From assembly GCA_040954595.2 (NCBI GenBank), contig CM082584.2, positions 3,131,344-3,195,343 on the forward strand: a stretch of 64,000 bases of DNA, given 5' to 3'. The notes beneath the pieces were generated by a model. It saw only the letters and a program-made list of their open reading frames with translations, had not been told where the DNA came from and did not search any database. A program made the position numbers and the translations under genes. Positions 26,401-37,095 of the stretch are shown piece after piece; the first letter of the stretch is position 1, and the number at the start of each line of letters is the position of its first letter. The DNA is from Balanoglossus misakiensis (Eukaryota > Animalia > Hemichordata).

Positions 26401-29044
26401 TAATGTACGATACGGATTGGATGTGGTAGTAGTTTAGTACAGTTGGTATGGTACTAACAGTAAGGTACAGGTGGAAGTGTGCTGCTTTGTAAACTACAGT
26501 ACACAAATGTTCTCTCAATCTAATATGTCTATATATTATTTCTACTTTTAAAGGGACAAAGTCTCTCTCTCGCTTCCCTTTTTGCAAGTATTATGTTTGA
26601 TACAAAACACGGTTTATGTTATTCTACATGTGGATATATAGTGAATCAATGTTCAACCACACACAACTTCCACCCCGCTTGCAGACAGGAGAGTGAAAAA
26701 CTCACCAAAATTAATAATCCTTCTTTACCATTTATTCATTTTGGCGAGATTTTTACTCTCATATCCTACGAACGGGATGGAAATTGTGTGTGGTCGAACG
26801 TTGATTCACTATATATCCACATGTAGAATAACATCAATGGTGTCTTGTCTCAAACATAATTCATGGAAAAAGGGCTGCGAGAGAGTGACTTTGTTCCTTT
26901 AAAACTGAAACATTATTCATAAACTTTATATTGCAGTGAGTAACCCTTTCTTCAGAAAACAATACCAATGTGCTGCCTTTATGTTGTCTGGGAGAAGTGT
27001 TAGTAAAATCACTTGTACAGTTTGGCTGTGGTCAACTTAGTTTTTCATTGTTGTCATGTCACTGGACAAAGTGGTTATATGGTGATGATTACTCTAATTA
27101 ACAGACCTCATTCCTAGAAACGTGTGTATATTATACCAGGTTTGGTTGTCATATCATCAGAATATGAAAAGGGATAGAATATCAGGACTATTGGGATATG
27201 TTAAACATGAAAATGTTATTAAACACGTGTAACTCACATCATTTCGGCTCTTCTATGGAGGAGTCGGATACAGTCTGAATGGTGGACTATGGAGGACTAT
27301 GTCAAATATCACCAGAATTTTGTCATCTGTATCAGTAACATACTGTACCATATAAAATGGGCGATGTGGTTTAGCATGTGCAAAATGTACATGCAAGTGT
27401 ACATGTTGTGGTTCGTCAGAGGCGGACAACAAGTTATATTCGGAGAACAACTTTTAATGTGTGTTGCAGATGAGTCAACTAAACTACAAAGATACAAACT
27501 GGACGTCGCCAGGCATCATGGGAAAACAGCCATACAAAGTTATTTATATGTTTAACAAAATGTCCAAACACAACATATTCCCTCCTCCAGCGTGATACGC
27601 TTTTCAGAACGACTGTCATGAACACGAATAAACATAAACTTCATAAACATCAAAAATTTGCAAACTCGGAGTCAAAGCAAGTGTCCTAGCCAGTTCAAAA
27701 CTCAAACATATCTATGTCCATATCAAGAGAAATCATAGTCATTCAAATAGGCTGGCAGACGGACGGTACGTCTTGTCCTGGAGGTTGCTCTGATTTAGCT
27801 GCTGTTCCTGGCGGATGCTCCGGTTTCACATCACATGCTGCAGTGGATGTCGAACAATGATAAGAACATGCTAATCGTCAGATATTCCATTTTGTTCCAT
27901 CATCCAGTTAGAACGTTGACGTCCCTAGTTGTCTGACAATACGGTGAGGTTGAGATAGCGAAGCTGATAATTTGTGGCTGCGGTTGGGTCGCTTAATTCT
28001 CACATAGTCACCAACTTTCAGAGTGGTTGATTTTGCATGTCGTTTCACATCAGTATACGTCTTGATCTTTTCTTGACGCTGCTGAATCTGTGATTTCAGA
28101 TCAGTGCTCTTCTGTGTCTGAACATCTGTGGGTGGTTTCAGCTGATCCAGTGATAAACGGAGCTGGTGGTTTATCATCAGTTCAGCTGGTGATTTCTGAG
28201 TAAGCGCGTGTGGTGTTGCTCGATAGTTCTGCCATATTGTGCAGATACCCTTAGCGAACGGTTTCCCTTGTCTTCAAACCTTCTTTGATGGTTGCATTCA
28301 GACGTTCTACGCCGCCGTTGCTTTGCGGGTTGTATAGAGCTGTTAAGTTGTGCTTAACACCAAGAAATTTGAGATAGGACTCAAATTCGTATGAAGTGAA
28401 TTGTGGTCCGTTGTACGTGAATAGAACACAGTTTAAATTCCTACTGCCGGTGGCATAAAATTGCGCTACTTTAGAGATTCTAGAACACATTTGCACAAGC
28501 TCAGTGAGCATATTATGGATCAGTGAGCAATGAGGCCCTGGAACTGGCATGATTTATTCCCAACAACGGATTTAAAATAATGAAATTGTTTATCTTTATC
28601 ATGCAAAATCATATTATAATGAGGTTATAAACAGTGTGCTTGGGTATTTGGTACAGATATAAGACCTCTCAGGTGAAAATTAACATATTTGGTAGGAAAT
28701 AATCACCGAGCGAAGCAAGATGATTATTTCACCCAAATATATGCTGGCTGTTTATAACCTCTAAAAATTGTATTGGCTAAGCTATAATATAATTATCATT
28801 TAATGATCTTTATTTCATGATGATGCTGAAGTTTTTTTAATCTGTTCAAAAATATTTTAAAGGCTTGAATTTAACATTTGTGCTGTACAATCTGGTAACC
28901 TGGGGCAACTTTAGTTAGTAACTCTGAAAAATCTATCATGTTTTACCAACTCTTCTATTTTTTCCTTACAGGTTGGAGCAAACTGAACTCCAGCTTGATG
29001 AAACTGTCTTCATTCTGAATAGTTTTATACACATGGTTGTGTAG
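2290..29044 (+). CDS. POLR3C: DNA-directed RNA polymerase III subunit RPC3/RPC62 (spliced, 12 coding exons, 534 aa)
   Basis: Exons 2290-2436, 11346-11467, 12376-12509, 13519-13698, 15877-15980, 18185-18289, 21744-21917, 22221-22272, 22605-22732, 25008-25243, 26009-26158, 28972-29044. All are GT-AG and phase-compatible, totalling 1605 nt. Recognised motifs: LLLREHYGEIVE, IRKALCVLIQHN, GIYWSVNHERFHQ, VESVVQERFG, AMIPAKEAKELLY, QEIPRTPDHAPSRT, LLEKSQRVEAI. Confidence 0.96.
2983..5085 (+). repeat. 180-bp tandem satellite array, ~11.7 copies (left arm)
   Basis: Unit ttgagtgtgcatccaactcacatacca...ccactgtctgctggtgctcccag recurs every 180 bp; degenerate copy at ~2800-2983. Confidence 0.97.
5684..6807 (+). 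mobile_element. Hairpin-headed non-coding element A (5' hairpin + internal junction complementary to both ends), interrupted by a MITE
   Basis: Hairpin 5684-5829. After removing 5834-6637, tattatattatgccagtatattga is the inverted copy of the end tcaatatactggtataatataata (6783-6806). Confidence 0.75.
5834..6637. mobile_element. PIF/Harbinger-type MITE
   Basis: TIR GGGACCGTTCAGTTTTTACGGC / GCCGTAAAAACTGAACGGTCCC; TTA target duplication at 5831-5833 and 6638-6640. A related TIR fragment lies at ~55945-55975. Confidence 0.88.
7448..8947 (-). repeat. 180-bp tandem satellite array, ~8.3 copies (right arm, inverted relative to 2983-5085)
   Basis: Unit ctggtatgtga(g/c)ttggatgcacactcaactgggagcaccagcagacagtgg is the reverse complement of the left-array unit; period 180. 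Confidence 0.97.
11346..11467 (+). CDS. POLR3C: POLR3C coding exon 2
   Basis: tgcag|IRKALCVLIQHNIVKCLINKRGIVEYQAE...NP|gtaagc. Confidence 0.92.
12376..12509 (+). CDS. POLR3C: POLR3C coding exon 3
   Basis: ttcag|YIFCTKTLFGDAGEIIVEELLQNG...|gtattg. Confidence 0.92.
12553..12970 (+). mobile_element. Hairpin-headed non-coding element B
   Basis: Long imperfect hairpin ~12561-12730; ttataataaacctcatgctaa (12731-12751) is inverted at the end as ttagcatgaggtatattataa (12950-12970). Confidence 0.75.
13329..13413. mobile_element. 85-bp piggyBac-type mini-MITE
   Basis: TTAA|CCCTTTCAC ... GTGAAAGGG|TTAA; related partial copy at ~29217-29280. Confidence 0.75.
13519..13698 (+). CDS. POLR3C: POLR3C coding exon 4
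   Basis: cccag|..FVRDKFIDLVNTHFVQR..|gtaaga. Confidence 0.9.
14608..14934 (+). mobile_element. Hairpin-headed non-coding element C (more degenerate)
   Basis: Imperfect hairpin ~14608-14776 (acacatgatgactga / tcagtcatcatgtgt); ttataacacacca is inverted as tggtgtgttctaa at ~14922-14934. Confidence 0.6.
15203..15542. mobile_element. Kolobok-type MITE (family AGGGACAAAGTCTCTCTCTC), full-length
   Basis: TTAA|AGGGACAAAGTCTCTCTCTCGCTGCC ... GGCAGCGAGAGAGAGACTTTGTCCCT|TTAA; largely palindromic body. Confidence 0.88.
15877..15980 (+). CDS. POLR3C: POLR3C coding exon 5
   Basis: ctatag|..THKRKRSIDEEVKQRTKRQR..|gtaaga; basic NLS-like linker, phase-compatible. Confidence 0.85.
18185..18289 (+). CDS. 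POLR3C: POLR3C coding exon 6
   Basis: ccag|VAADNGIYWSVNHERFHQHIRDQ..|gtgagt. Confidence 0.92.
18700..19012. repeat. Tandem duplication, ~190-bp unit, two copies
   Basis: tttggcggcca...ttcactctggtgatctatgcaagcagaa...aaaactctgaa at ~18702 and ~18891. Confidence 0.75.
19857..21583. mobile_element. Non-autonomous TIR element with TA target duplication (Tc1/mariner-like), copy 1
   Basis: TA|CTACCCATTTCAAAATACCTTGGAAATTCTTTGTGTTCGA ... TCGAACACAAAGAATTTCCAAGGTATTTTGAAATGGGTAG|TA; ~50-bp TIR. Confidence 0.88.
20787..21315. mobile_element. MITE with CATTA...TAATG termini (possibly CMC/EnSpm-like) nested in the TA element
   Basis: TIR CATTACGTTACCACTCCATTAAAA; flanked by TT/TT; absent from the paralogous copy at ~37380. 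Confidence 0.8.
21744..21917 (+). CDS. POLR3C: POLR3C coding exon 7
   Basis: aatag|IAGEVVRTMLRISE...DQYLKLLADDQ|gtactt. Confidence 0.92.
22221..22272 (+). CDS. POLR3C: POLR3C coding exon 8
   Basis: ttcag|MEIVNKCGESGGGMYAI|GTATCCTTT. Confidence 0.9.
22273..22604 (+). other. U12-type (minor spliceosome) GT-AG intron of POLR3C
   Basis: 5' site GTATCCTTT; branch-like TTCCTGAC at 22587-22594, ~10 nt before the AG end; no polypyrimidine tract; frame is maintained. Confidence 0.88.
22605..22732 (+). CDS. POLR3C: POLR3C coding exon 9
   Basis: IYKAIKVLCTAHVESVVQERFGSKCFRIFRLLLLKKHLEQKQ|gtgaga. Confidence 0.92.
24203..24935. mobile_element. Kolobok-type non-autonomous element
   Basis: TTAA|GGTGGCATTGCATGAAA ... 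TTTCATGCAATGCCACC|TTAA; a solitary copy of the same TIR lies at 22524-22541. Confidence 0.87.
25008..25243 (+). CDS. POLR3C: POLR3C coding exon 10
   Basis: ccag|VEEFAMIPAKEAKELLY...QEIPRTPDHAPSRT..|gtaagt. Confidence 0.94.
26009..26158 (+). CDS. POLR3C: POLR3C coding exon 11
   Basis: ccag|RLLEKSQRVEAITASL...EEMITPPERAQL..|gtaagt. Confidence 0.93.
26552..26898. mobile_element. Kolobok-type MITE (same family as 15203-15542), full-length
   Basis: TTAA|AGGGACAAAGTCTCTCTCTCGC ... GCGAGAGAGTGACTTTGTTCCT|TTAA. Partial copies also at ~10288, ~19180-19428 and ~36820-37067. Confidence 0.87.
27214..28420 (-). mobile_element. Ty3/Gypsy LTR retrotransposon remnant (integrase C-terminal half, PPT, 3' LTR)
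   Basis: Frameshifted integrase: (T)YNGPQFTS..F..GVKH....YNPQSNGGVERLN, YRATPH, VGDYVRIK, RLPAYLNDY. Polypurine tract GGAGGAGGGAATA at ~27576-27588, followed by an LTR TGTTG...ATAACA (~27575 to 27214). Confidence 0.85.
28972..29044 (+). CDS. POLR3C: POLR3C last coding exon
   Basis: tacag|LEQTELQLDETVFILNSFIHMVV*. Confidence 0.9.
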
Positions 29045-29094
29045 CATGAATCAATGTGTCTGTATCCTGCATAATTATTTTCACCTTTCTCTTC

Positions 29095-29100
29095 AATAAA
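29095..29100 (+). terminator. Candidate polyadenylation signal of POLR3C
   Basis: AATAAA 50 nt after the stop codon, followed by T-rich sequence. Confidence 0.55.
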
Positions 29101-29320
29101 TTCATTTTGAAAACTATTTTAATGTTTTTGTCATGTCTTAGTGTATGTGGGATAATTGTTTGATGCATTTATGGAGATACAGGTGATCCTTAGCTCTAAT
29201 TACCATTCTCACTTCCTTAACCCTTTCACTGCAATGATTTGCTCCAAATCCATTGTTTTCTATGCATCTTATTAGGATCTTTCCATGGATCATTGTGTTA
29301 TTTTGGGGTGTTTTACTTAA

Positions 29321-30037
29321 GGTGATACCCACCTCGAAATAAAAGGTCGTCTGATCATGTTGAAATTAATACTAATGATACTATGCCATTTGATCTATGG
29401 AATAAAAATGGGGGGGGGGGGGGGGGGGGGGGTCAACCAACTAGATTTTGGGAAAAAGTCCTCTATCTAGCTGTCTTTAAGCTTTTGCCAATTTTTAGTA
29501 GATCTTTGTGAAAAGGCTTCATAAATAAGTATTTTGGGAGATTCGTCATATTTTTTCACCATTATAGAATGTAAACTTACTGAATATCTTATTTTTAGCA
29601 ATTTTGAGATTTTATCTTATTCAGTATGATAATCACATATCAACATAACTGTTAAATTAAACATTGAATTGCCTAAAAATCCACTTCTAGATGTAAACTT
29701 TTTTTCAAAGCTTGGTAGATACCTTGTTTGAAATATATCAAATCAATTAAAGGCAAAAAAATAGGGGGTCACCTCACAGGAAGTTAAACATGGCTTTCAG
29801 GCATTTTCAACAGCCCAGGATAGGCTGCAAAAGAGTTTGGTTGCTATAGCAACCCACAGTATTGCAAACGCACGAAAATTTCAGTCCCAAATTTAATAAA
29901 TACATAGTATGTACCTAAATAACTTCACAGCACTACATTACAACTTTGTTTGAAAACCACTGGAAAAAAAATTGAGCTTTTTACACTATGCGCAGAAACC
30001 TGCGCGAACAACTAAAATGATCGAGGCACGATATACC
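29321..30037. mobile_element. Kolobok-type non-autonomous element (imperfect TIR)
   Basis: TTAA|GGTGATACCCACCTCGA ... TCGAGGCACGATATACC|TTAA. Confidence 0.6.
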
Positions 30038-33000
30038 TTAATAAAAAATGCTTATTTGCATATTGCACGATACAATGTATATTGTTAAAATGAAAATCTC
30101 CAAACAGTATTTTCACTGTTTTCATAGTTACAAGTGTCTACATAGTTAAATTGAAAACCACTGAGTGAAATGTCATACAATTTGGTACAATGTACGTATG
30201 ATCAAAACTTCTTATGACATTTTTGCCAATTTGTGAACGACATTTGACCTGATCTTTTAAAAAATCGCGTCAAGGACACTGTGGTCCCATTGAGGGATTA
30301 CACAAGAATAAGTCTACACTAGCCATATACAGAAAGACAGACACACACAAACACACATAGAGAGAGATCAACAGGCAAGCACTGACTGACCCATAAGCTG
30401 CAAATGGCATATGTACTTGTACATACACTAAATAGAACAGCTGGCCTCTTTAAAACTTAGCCAGTTATGTAATCATTCAAGGAATTTGCTGTGTAAATCA
30501 ATCACACTGAGAACTTCCTGCCTAATTAAAACAACTCAATAAAGTAAATACACACCACTTTGCAAAGTAATCTGTCCAGTAGTTCTTGAGTTCTTAGTTT
30601 TGACCAAATTCACATTTTTCCAGCTAATTTGCATATTATTGGCAATGACAACTTCATTTGATCAAACTCCCATCTACAGCCCAGCCTGCATCTGCACATC
30701 AAATATCAAGGTGATACACACAGCGGTTTTCAAGTTTTTGATGTGGACGGACATACAGACATACATCCATACATACCTAGGGAAAAGCGCCCTCACATTC
30801 GTGCAGTTTTTTTGCTTTTCACACCCCGGCGCAGTGACCAATATCCTGATCTAGTACTGTGTTTATTGCGCAAGATTTGAAATTTGTCGTTGCTATGTTC
30901 TGAATTAAATTTTTCTGTTGCGGTGTCAGTGACTGGTGAACTTGCAGTGTTTGTATGTCCTATGCTGCTATCGAATCCCATCATCTCCTGTAATCGCTGC
31001 ATGTTGTAGAGCTTTATTTGGAAATATGAATAGTAAAATTGATGATTTGATCTGATTATTGTGTGACTGTTGGCGTCGATTGTCGCGAAGAAAAAATAAT
31101 ATTATTGGTCAAATATATTCATTGGTCAAATGGTGTTTGTATTGTCAGTTGCAAAGACAAACAGTCCCAAAACCAATAAGCACAGCACAGTCATTCCACA
31201 AACACACACAACAAAGTCAAGTCCGTGAAAGGAAGACATGTGGACTTCTGGCAAAATAAAAGACCAGGAAGTGATGTCAGATATTTCGAAAATTGTAACA
31301 TTATTAAATGAAATAAGGTTTATTTTCAAAACTGCAGAGACAGGGATGAGGAGCATTGAGACAGCATTTACCAACTGTTAGAGCACAAAGAGAACTCAAA
31401 GTGTCCCCTCAAGAAAGAATCACACTCCCCACAGAGTAATGATGATTATCCAACTCTGAGAGCCAACAAGATGAAAAGGGAAGACCCACTTATACCGAAC
31501 GATGGAATTCAATAGTGAATAGTACCCGCCGGGGCACTTTTGATTTTGTAAGAGATAGAAGGATGTAAATAATGTCAACATTGCAACACCAGAGGGGAAG
31601 TCCTAATAGGACAATCATCGGAGCACACAGACTATCGATCAACATCGTATCCAATAAACAGGATCAAGCCTAAATGAGATAGTCTGCTGAGAGTGTACAG
31701 TCTGACCATGGCTGTACCACCTCTTTTGCTGATTACATCTACAAACTGCAGGATTTTTCGACTAGAAACATTTTTGTCTCTGAACCCAAATTTTGCAGCG
31801 TGCCGACTGACGTTATCGAGTGAACTATATTTGTAAGGGACGATGATGCACCCCAAAACAATTTAGATCTAGAATATTTGGCACTGTTTCTCTTTTGGGG
31901 GCAAAGTTGAATATTGATATAGAATGACAATGTATGCTATGGTTTGCCCACGGGAAATGATTGGTGCAATGCTAAGATCTAAATTCATAGTGTAATATTT
32001 GATGAAGCCGGGTGAATTGACCCAAATGTTTGTAGTCTTTCATTACACTCACAAAGAGAAGCCAAATAATTTGACATAAAAAAAACCGACTTTACATTCA
32101 AATGTACCGCACGACAATCCCCTATGTCACAGACGCAATCGTCGTGTATATACATTTCAATTCCCACGTGACTGTGAACTGTACCTATCCTTGACAAATG
32201 TGCAAATGTCACCTTGGAATAATTTTCTGTTTCTTTTTTTTTACTTGCTTTAAGAAAAATAATAGTCATCCAAACCTTTTAATTCTTTGCAATATTAAGG
32301 TTTATGAGGAGTCTTTTTGGAAACAAAGAAGAAAATAATTCATTCACCACCTTGTCATGAAAATTACTACTTTATTTTTTCTCCATACAGTTAACACATA
32401 GATTGGCGGCCATTTTGAATGTTTAATTTGATACAATATGAGTCGTTCAGTTAAAATGTTTAACAATTGAAACTCGCAACAAACAACACCAAGGATAACT
32501 AGCCCCTGGTTTATTCATCTGTATGTTTCCATTTTTTTAAAAGAAGGATAACATGCAAGTATTTAATTATACAAAGCTTTCAAAATGACAAAATGTAAGG
32601 TATACTTGAAATGGGTAGCTTTATGTATATGTGTGACTGTAATAATACAAGAATGAACAATAGCCGACTAAAAGTACTATTGAGTTGTGTGTGTAAATAT
32701 GTAAACATATTGATTTAATTTGAAATAGACATCTAACATTAACAACCACGAGATACATGAACACCAACATAATAATGATTGTATTTCAATCTGGAATCCA
32801 ACAATTTTTCGAATTGAAAATTAATCACAGTTTTTTTTCTTTATATAAAGTTGACAAATAATTCAATAGAATAATAATGATTTACACATATGTGAACAAC
32901 GAATTCAATGTTTCTGAATAAATTACCCATGGCATATATTCCAAAGGCTCGGCAGAGAATAGTGATGATGGTGGTTGGGCCCAAATGACACTATGATATA

Positions 33001-33228
33001 TTATTATCTGTAATATAATTTGTGTGAATATGGTAAGGACGAATGAAGCATAATTAATAACTCTGGAGGCCTTAGTGGCCAAAAATCCATCGGATTCTTC
33101 TGATAAAAATGAAATTCTGTTCATATCGCCCTCGTGTGGTCAGTGTGCATTTTGTGGAGGAACCAACTGGTTCGCCGCCATGTTGGAAATCACAATGCAT
33201 CATGGGTTAGAATGTAACCAATCGTTTT

Positions 33229-36200
33229 CTAGGGTAATATCATTGTTGTCGCCAGTCCGGATGTAAATGTCGTCAGGTGGTTACACAGACACACAGTGGA
33301 GGTGACGTTCGATAATGGTGAAACCTACGGATTTAAAATAAATGCTGTAAAGTTGGAACATTTCTGTGAGTAATATATGACAAAGTATTACAGGTTCTCA
33401 AATTTCTTCTGCTTACTCTTTGAGTTGTGTCATATCTAAAGGATGCATTGAATTCGGTTAGGTTCAAATTACAAAATTGATTCTGCTGAATCCAAATTAT
33501 ATTTTGAGGAACTATTGTGCATAGCTGGCAACCGTCAATCTCCCAGCTGTCAGTCTGGATATTCAGATAATCACAGCTAGTTTGTATAGTAGGTTTTGAA
33601 CTTGTAAATTTAAATGATGCATGACAATGCACAAAGCTATTGAATGTGCTTTAAACAACAAACGTGTACAATACTTCAGTGCAGTGTAAGGTAAATGTTA
33701 AACATGGACACTTACTGTGGGGAATGGTAAATGTTCAATAATATTCTCCAGTTCTTAAGAAATAGTGTTCTGGGATTAACACCGTGGAATAATCTCCTGC
33801 AAATTCCATGTCAACAGCGAACTGGTATCCAACGTATTCGTCATTGTAAGTCATGTATTCTTTGAAGACGTACACTGTTGTATTTCCATACAGAGGTTTG
33901 CAATTTTCAAACTTAATGATAATTGGTTGGAACAACCATGCTATCTGCAACGATAGAAATATATAGAATGAATATTAATTTTGTGAGAAATATGAACACT
34001 TTTTGCTGCATAATCAGAATTGATTTTACTAGTTTTATTTCCATTCACCTACCTCTACCTCGACATTTAATCCAAAATATGTGACGTCATGGACTACAGT
34101 GTACACACCTTCGATCAATGAGACGGTTACTGGCTCAGGGGCTTCACTAGCAAATGTAATTTCAATGTCTTCTTTAGTATCTTTCACTGGAAGAGTGAAT
34201 AGAGAATAACTTTTATGCAGATGTTGATGCTGAACAGAAAATATATATTGCATAGCCATATTTACAGACAAACCAAGTTATGTACAGTTCATACAAATCT
34301 TTCAATGGTACATTTTATCCGATTCCAACCCATACTATATAGAAAGCAATATTGTGATGATAATATAGTACCTTCTAACTCTCTGCCTTCTCTATCAGTG
34401 AACGACAAGCTCAACACAAAGTTTCTTGGAAATGTGTTCCGTCCATTGTAGTCTTGAAGAAGCAAACTTCTGTTCAAAACACTAACCTATGGGCGATAAT
34501 GTATTATAAACATATTTGGCATGTGTTTACAGAGTGTGTTTAAGGAAATAGAGATGGAGAGAAGCGATAACATCTTATGTTCAACAACAAGGGTTAGACT
34601 CTTACAATCCTGTTAACAATTGCTCCAGAGGTTAAATTGGAGAACATCTTCTCTGCCGGTGGAAACTTCACACCATTGCCGCCTCGGAGTAACATAGAGG
34701 TGTCGGTAAGATGCACCACAGAATCGCTTTCCAAATGCAATTGAAAGAATTCTGAATCCATGGTAACTGGCCCACTGCCGGGTTCCATCCCACGTAGAAC
34801 AGTCTTGGCGAGGGAATCGGTTGCGTTTAGAAGGAACTTGGTCACCACGTCTGTTGTTTCATCTTCGGCCGGTGACGGAAGAGTCACAATGCCTTCATCC
34901 AGAAGCGCCAGGATTTCTGTAAGATTTGAAATTGAAACTGTAGGCAGAATGAGTTATATGCATTTCCCTATTGTCCGTTGTTCATTACATATATTGATTA
35001 TATTCGGGCATCACTTCAACATTAGTCTAACACATGATGTTCAAATATATGGCCATAGCAAAGTTTGCACAGTTTGGACATTGTGAACTGGGACGTGTAT
35101 TTTTAGTCAGAAATGTGAAATCGCTTGCCTTTAGCTATGTTCCGACTTGAATCTAGAGGCAGGTTTAGATCCATAAGTTCCTTGATCATAGCAGATGCTC
35201 GAGGAAATGGTTCAAGCACCTGTCGGAGTTCAGAAATGACACAATGAAGCATTTGTTAGTTCATTTTGACTTTTTAACATATAACAGTTCCAAGATAGTC
35301 GTACAGTAAACAAAATATAAATATTTTTCAGAGTTTTCATATTATTTTTCATATTTTTCCAATGTTGTTTACTGTCAGAGTCCTTAAAAATATGATTACA
35401 TGAAATCTACATATTGCAATGATGAGAGGGCAAGTCTAAGTCATCGAATGACCTAGGCCATGTGATGGCACACGTCTTTCGCGCGGATATATATTGACAA
35501 ATATTTATTGTCTTGATCTAAACTTTGAACGGTAAATAATCATGGTTAACTATATTCCTTTGAACCACGCCCTCATTCGCTCGTCAGGAGAGCGTGTTCT
35601 GAAGCTTACTCGTTCTTTGCCCATTGGGGGCGCTGCGCTTGATTCAAACTGCGCTCTTATGTTGCATTTTAATAAGAATTCCTTTCAGCAGTCTGGTTTA
35701 ATACTTACACCTGATACAACTGGACATGCGTACAGAGAGAAGGTGCCTACAAAAGAAATATAATGCAAAAGTGTATTGGGTAGAAATGTATAGAAATGAC
35801 GGTACGAAATTAAAGCAGCGAGCATAGTGCCCTGGGCATATGTGAACGTTGAGATTTAACGCACGTCACTGATGAAGAATATTTATATTGTACAAATGAG
35901 AACATTAGACAAACATTAGATATGCTTATGTGAGAAAATCTTTGGCCATTCAATCTAGTAGATTTTAATATAGGTGTAACCTTCATGCCAACATTGAGTG
36001 TTTTTGTACACAAATTTATATAAAAAAAAACAATAATTGGATGACTTTACTATGACACTCAAGGAAGCATGTGTGCTTGAAATTACCCTTGTTGGCCTAC
36101 TGGTATACCGCCCTCTACACTGACGCATCATAAGCCTCTGGGAACACATTTTGAGATAAATGATAGCCCTCAAAACCTTTGCTACATATATGAGGAGATT

Positions 36201-36768
36201 TTTTTTCATAAAAGTCACCTGGGTTTTCTTTGTAGACGTAGCATTGAGATCGGCGACAATTTTCCATTATTAATAGCGGTATTGACACAGCAATCTCGAT
36301 CTCCCTACCCAAATAATGACGGTGACGATGACGATAGATATTAAAATTGTTGTTGTTGTTGTTCTTCTTCTTCTTCTTCAATTGAGAGATAATTGAAATG
36401 AAACACTTGATACTCACTTTCCACTGCAGTTACAGTCGCATGAAATGATCCAGGATTTTGCTCACTTGTCGTCCAAACTATCGTAGTAACATCACCGAAC
36501 GATACAAAGATGGGTGGGACAATGGGCATATCATCATATATATAATTGCGCTTTTGTTTAATATTGCTTTCATTGCCATCGTCTAGAAGTGCAAGGGAGT
36601 CATTTTGCGAGACCAACTCGAAATGACTGAAGCAGACTATTATTAGTCCACCATTAGTATTGGTCAGGGTCCAAGTGCACTCAAGACTGATGTTGTGATC
36701 ATCTGGATAGTTTGGAGGACTAACTCTAACTGCGTCGCCATTTCTTAGGGTGTATGTCTCAAAGCATT
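33229..36768 (-). pseudogene. CUB + GAIN/GPS domain gene (polycystin-1-like / adhesion-GPCR-type ectodomain), disrupted
   Basis: Exons: CUB 36418-36768 (SPPNYPDD..CTWTL..FSHFEL); GAIN-like 34606-34916, 34372-34486, 34053-34186, 33716-33944; GPS ~33525-33600 (CDY..SWEIDGCQ) and 33229-33324 (TVCLCNHLTTF). In-frame TGA at 33735-33737 and a CT instead of GT donor at 33524-33523. Confidence 0.75.
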
Positions 36769-37095
36769 CTGACAAAAAGAAATAGAATATAACAGAAGTA
36801 TGAGGTTGTGGATATATCATGATAGTGAATTAACGTTCCACCACACACAACTTCCATCTTGTTCGTACGATTTGAGAGTAACAACTCGCCCAAAATGAAT
36901 AAATGGTAAAGACTGATTATTCATTTTGGCGTGTTTTCCACTCTCGTGTCTACAAGCGGGATGGAAGTTGTGTGTGATCGAATGTTGATTCACTATATAC
37001 ATAAACGCTGTCTTGTATCAAACATAATTAATGGAAAAGGGGTCAGCGAGAGAGAGACTTTGTCCCTTTAAGGGTTTGCAATGTTGTTAACTATA

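Noticed and set aside
31126-31374. Hydrophobic ORF as the missing TM exon of the GAIN gene
   Set aside because: The GPS exon has a stop before any donor, and the paralogous block at 40.6-40.8 kb does not keep the frame.
33735-33737. In-frame TGA as selenocysteine or readthrough
   Set aside because: The same gene has a broken splice donor, the context suggests a Leu codon mutation, and no SECIS was recognised.
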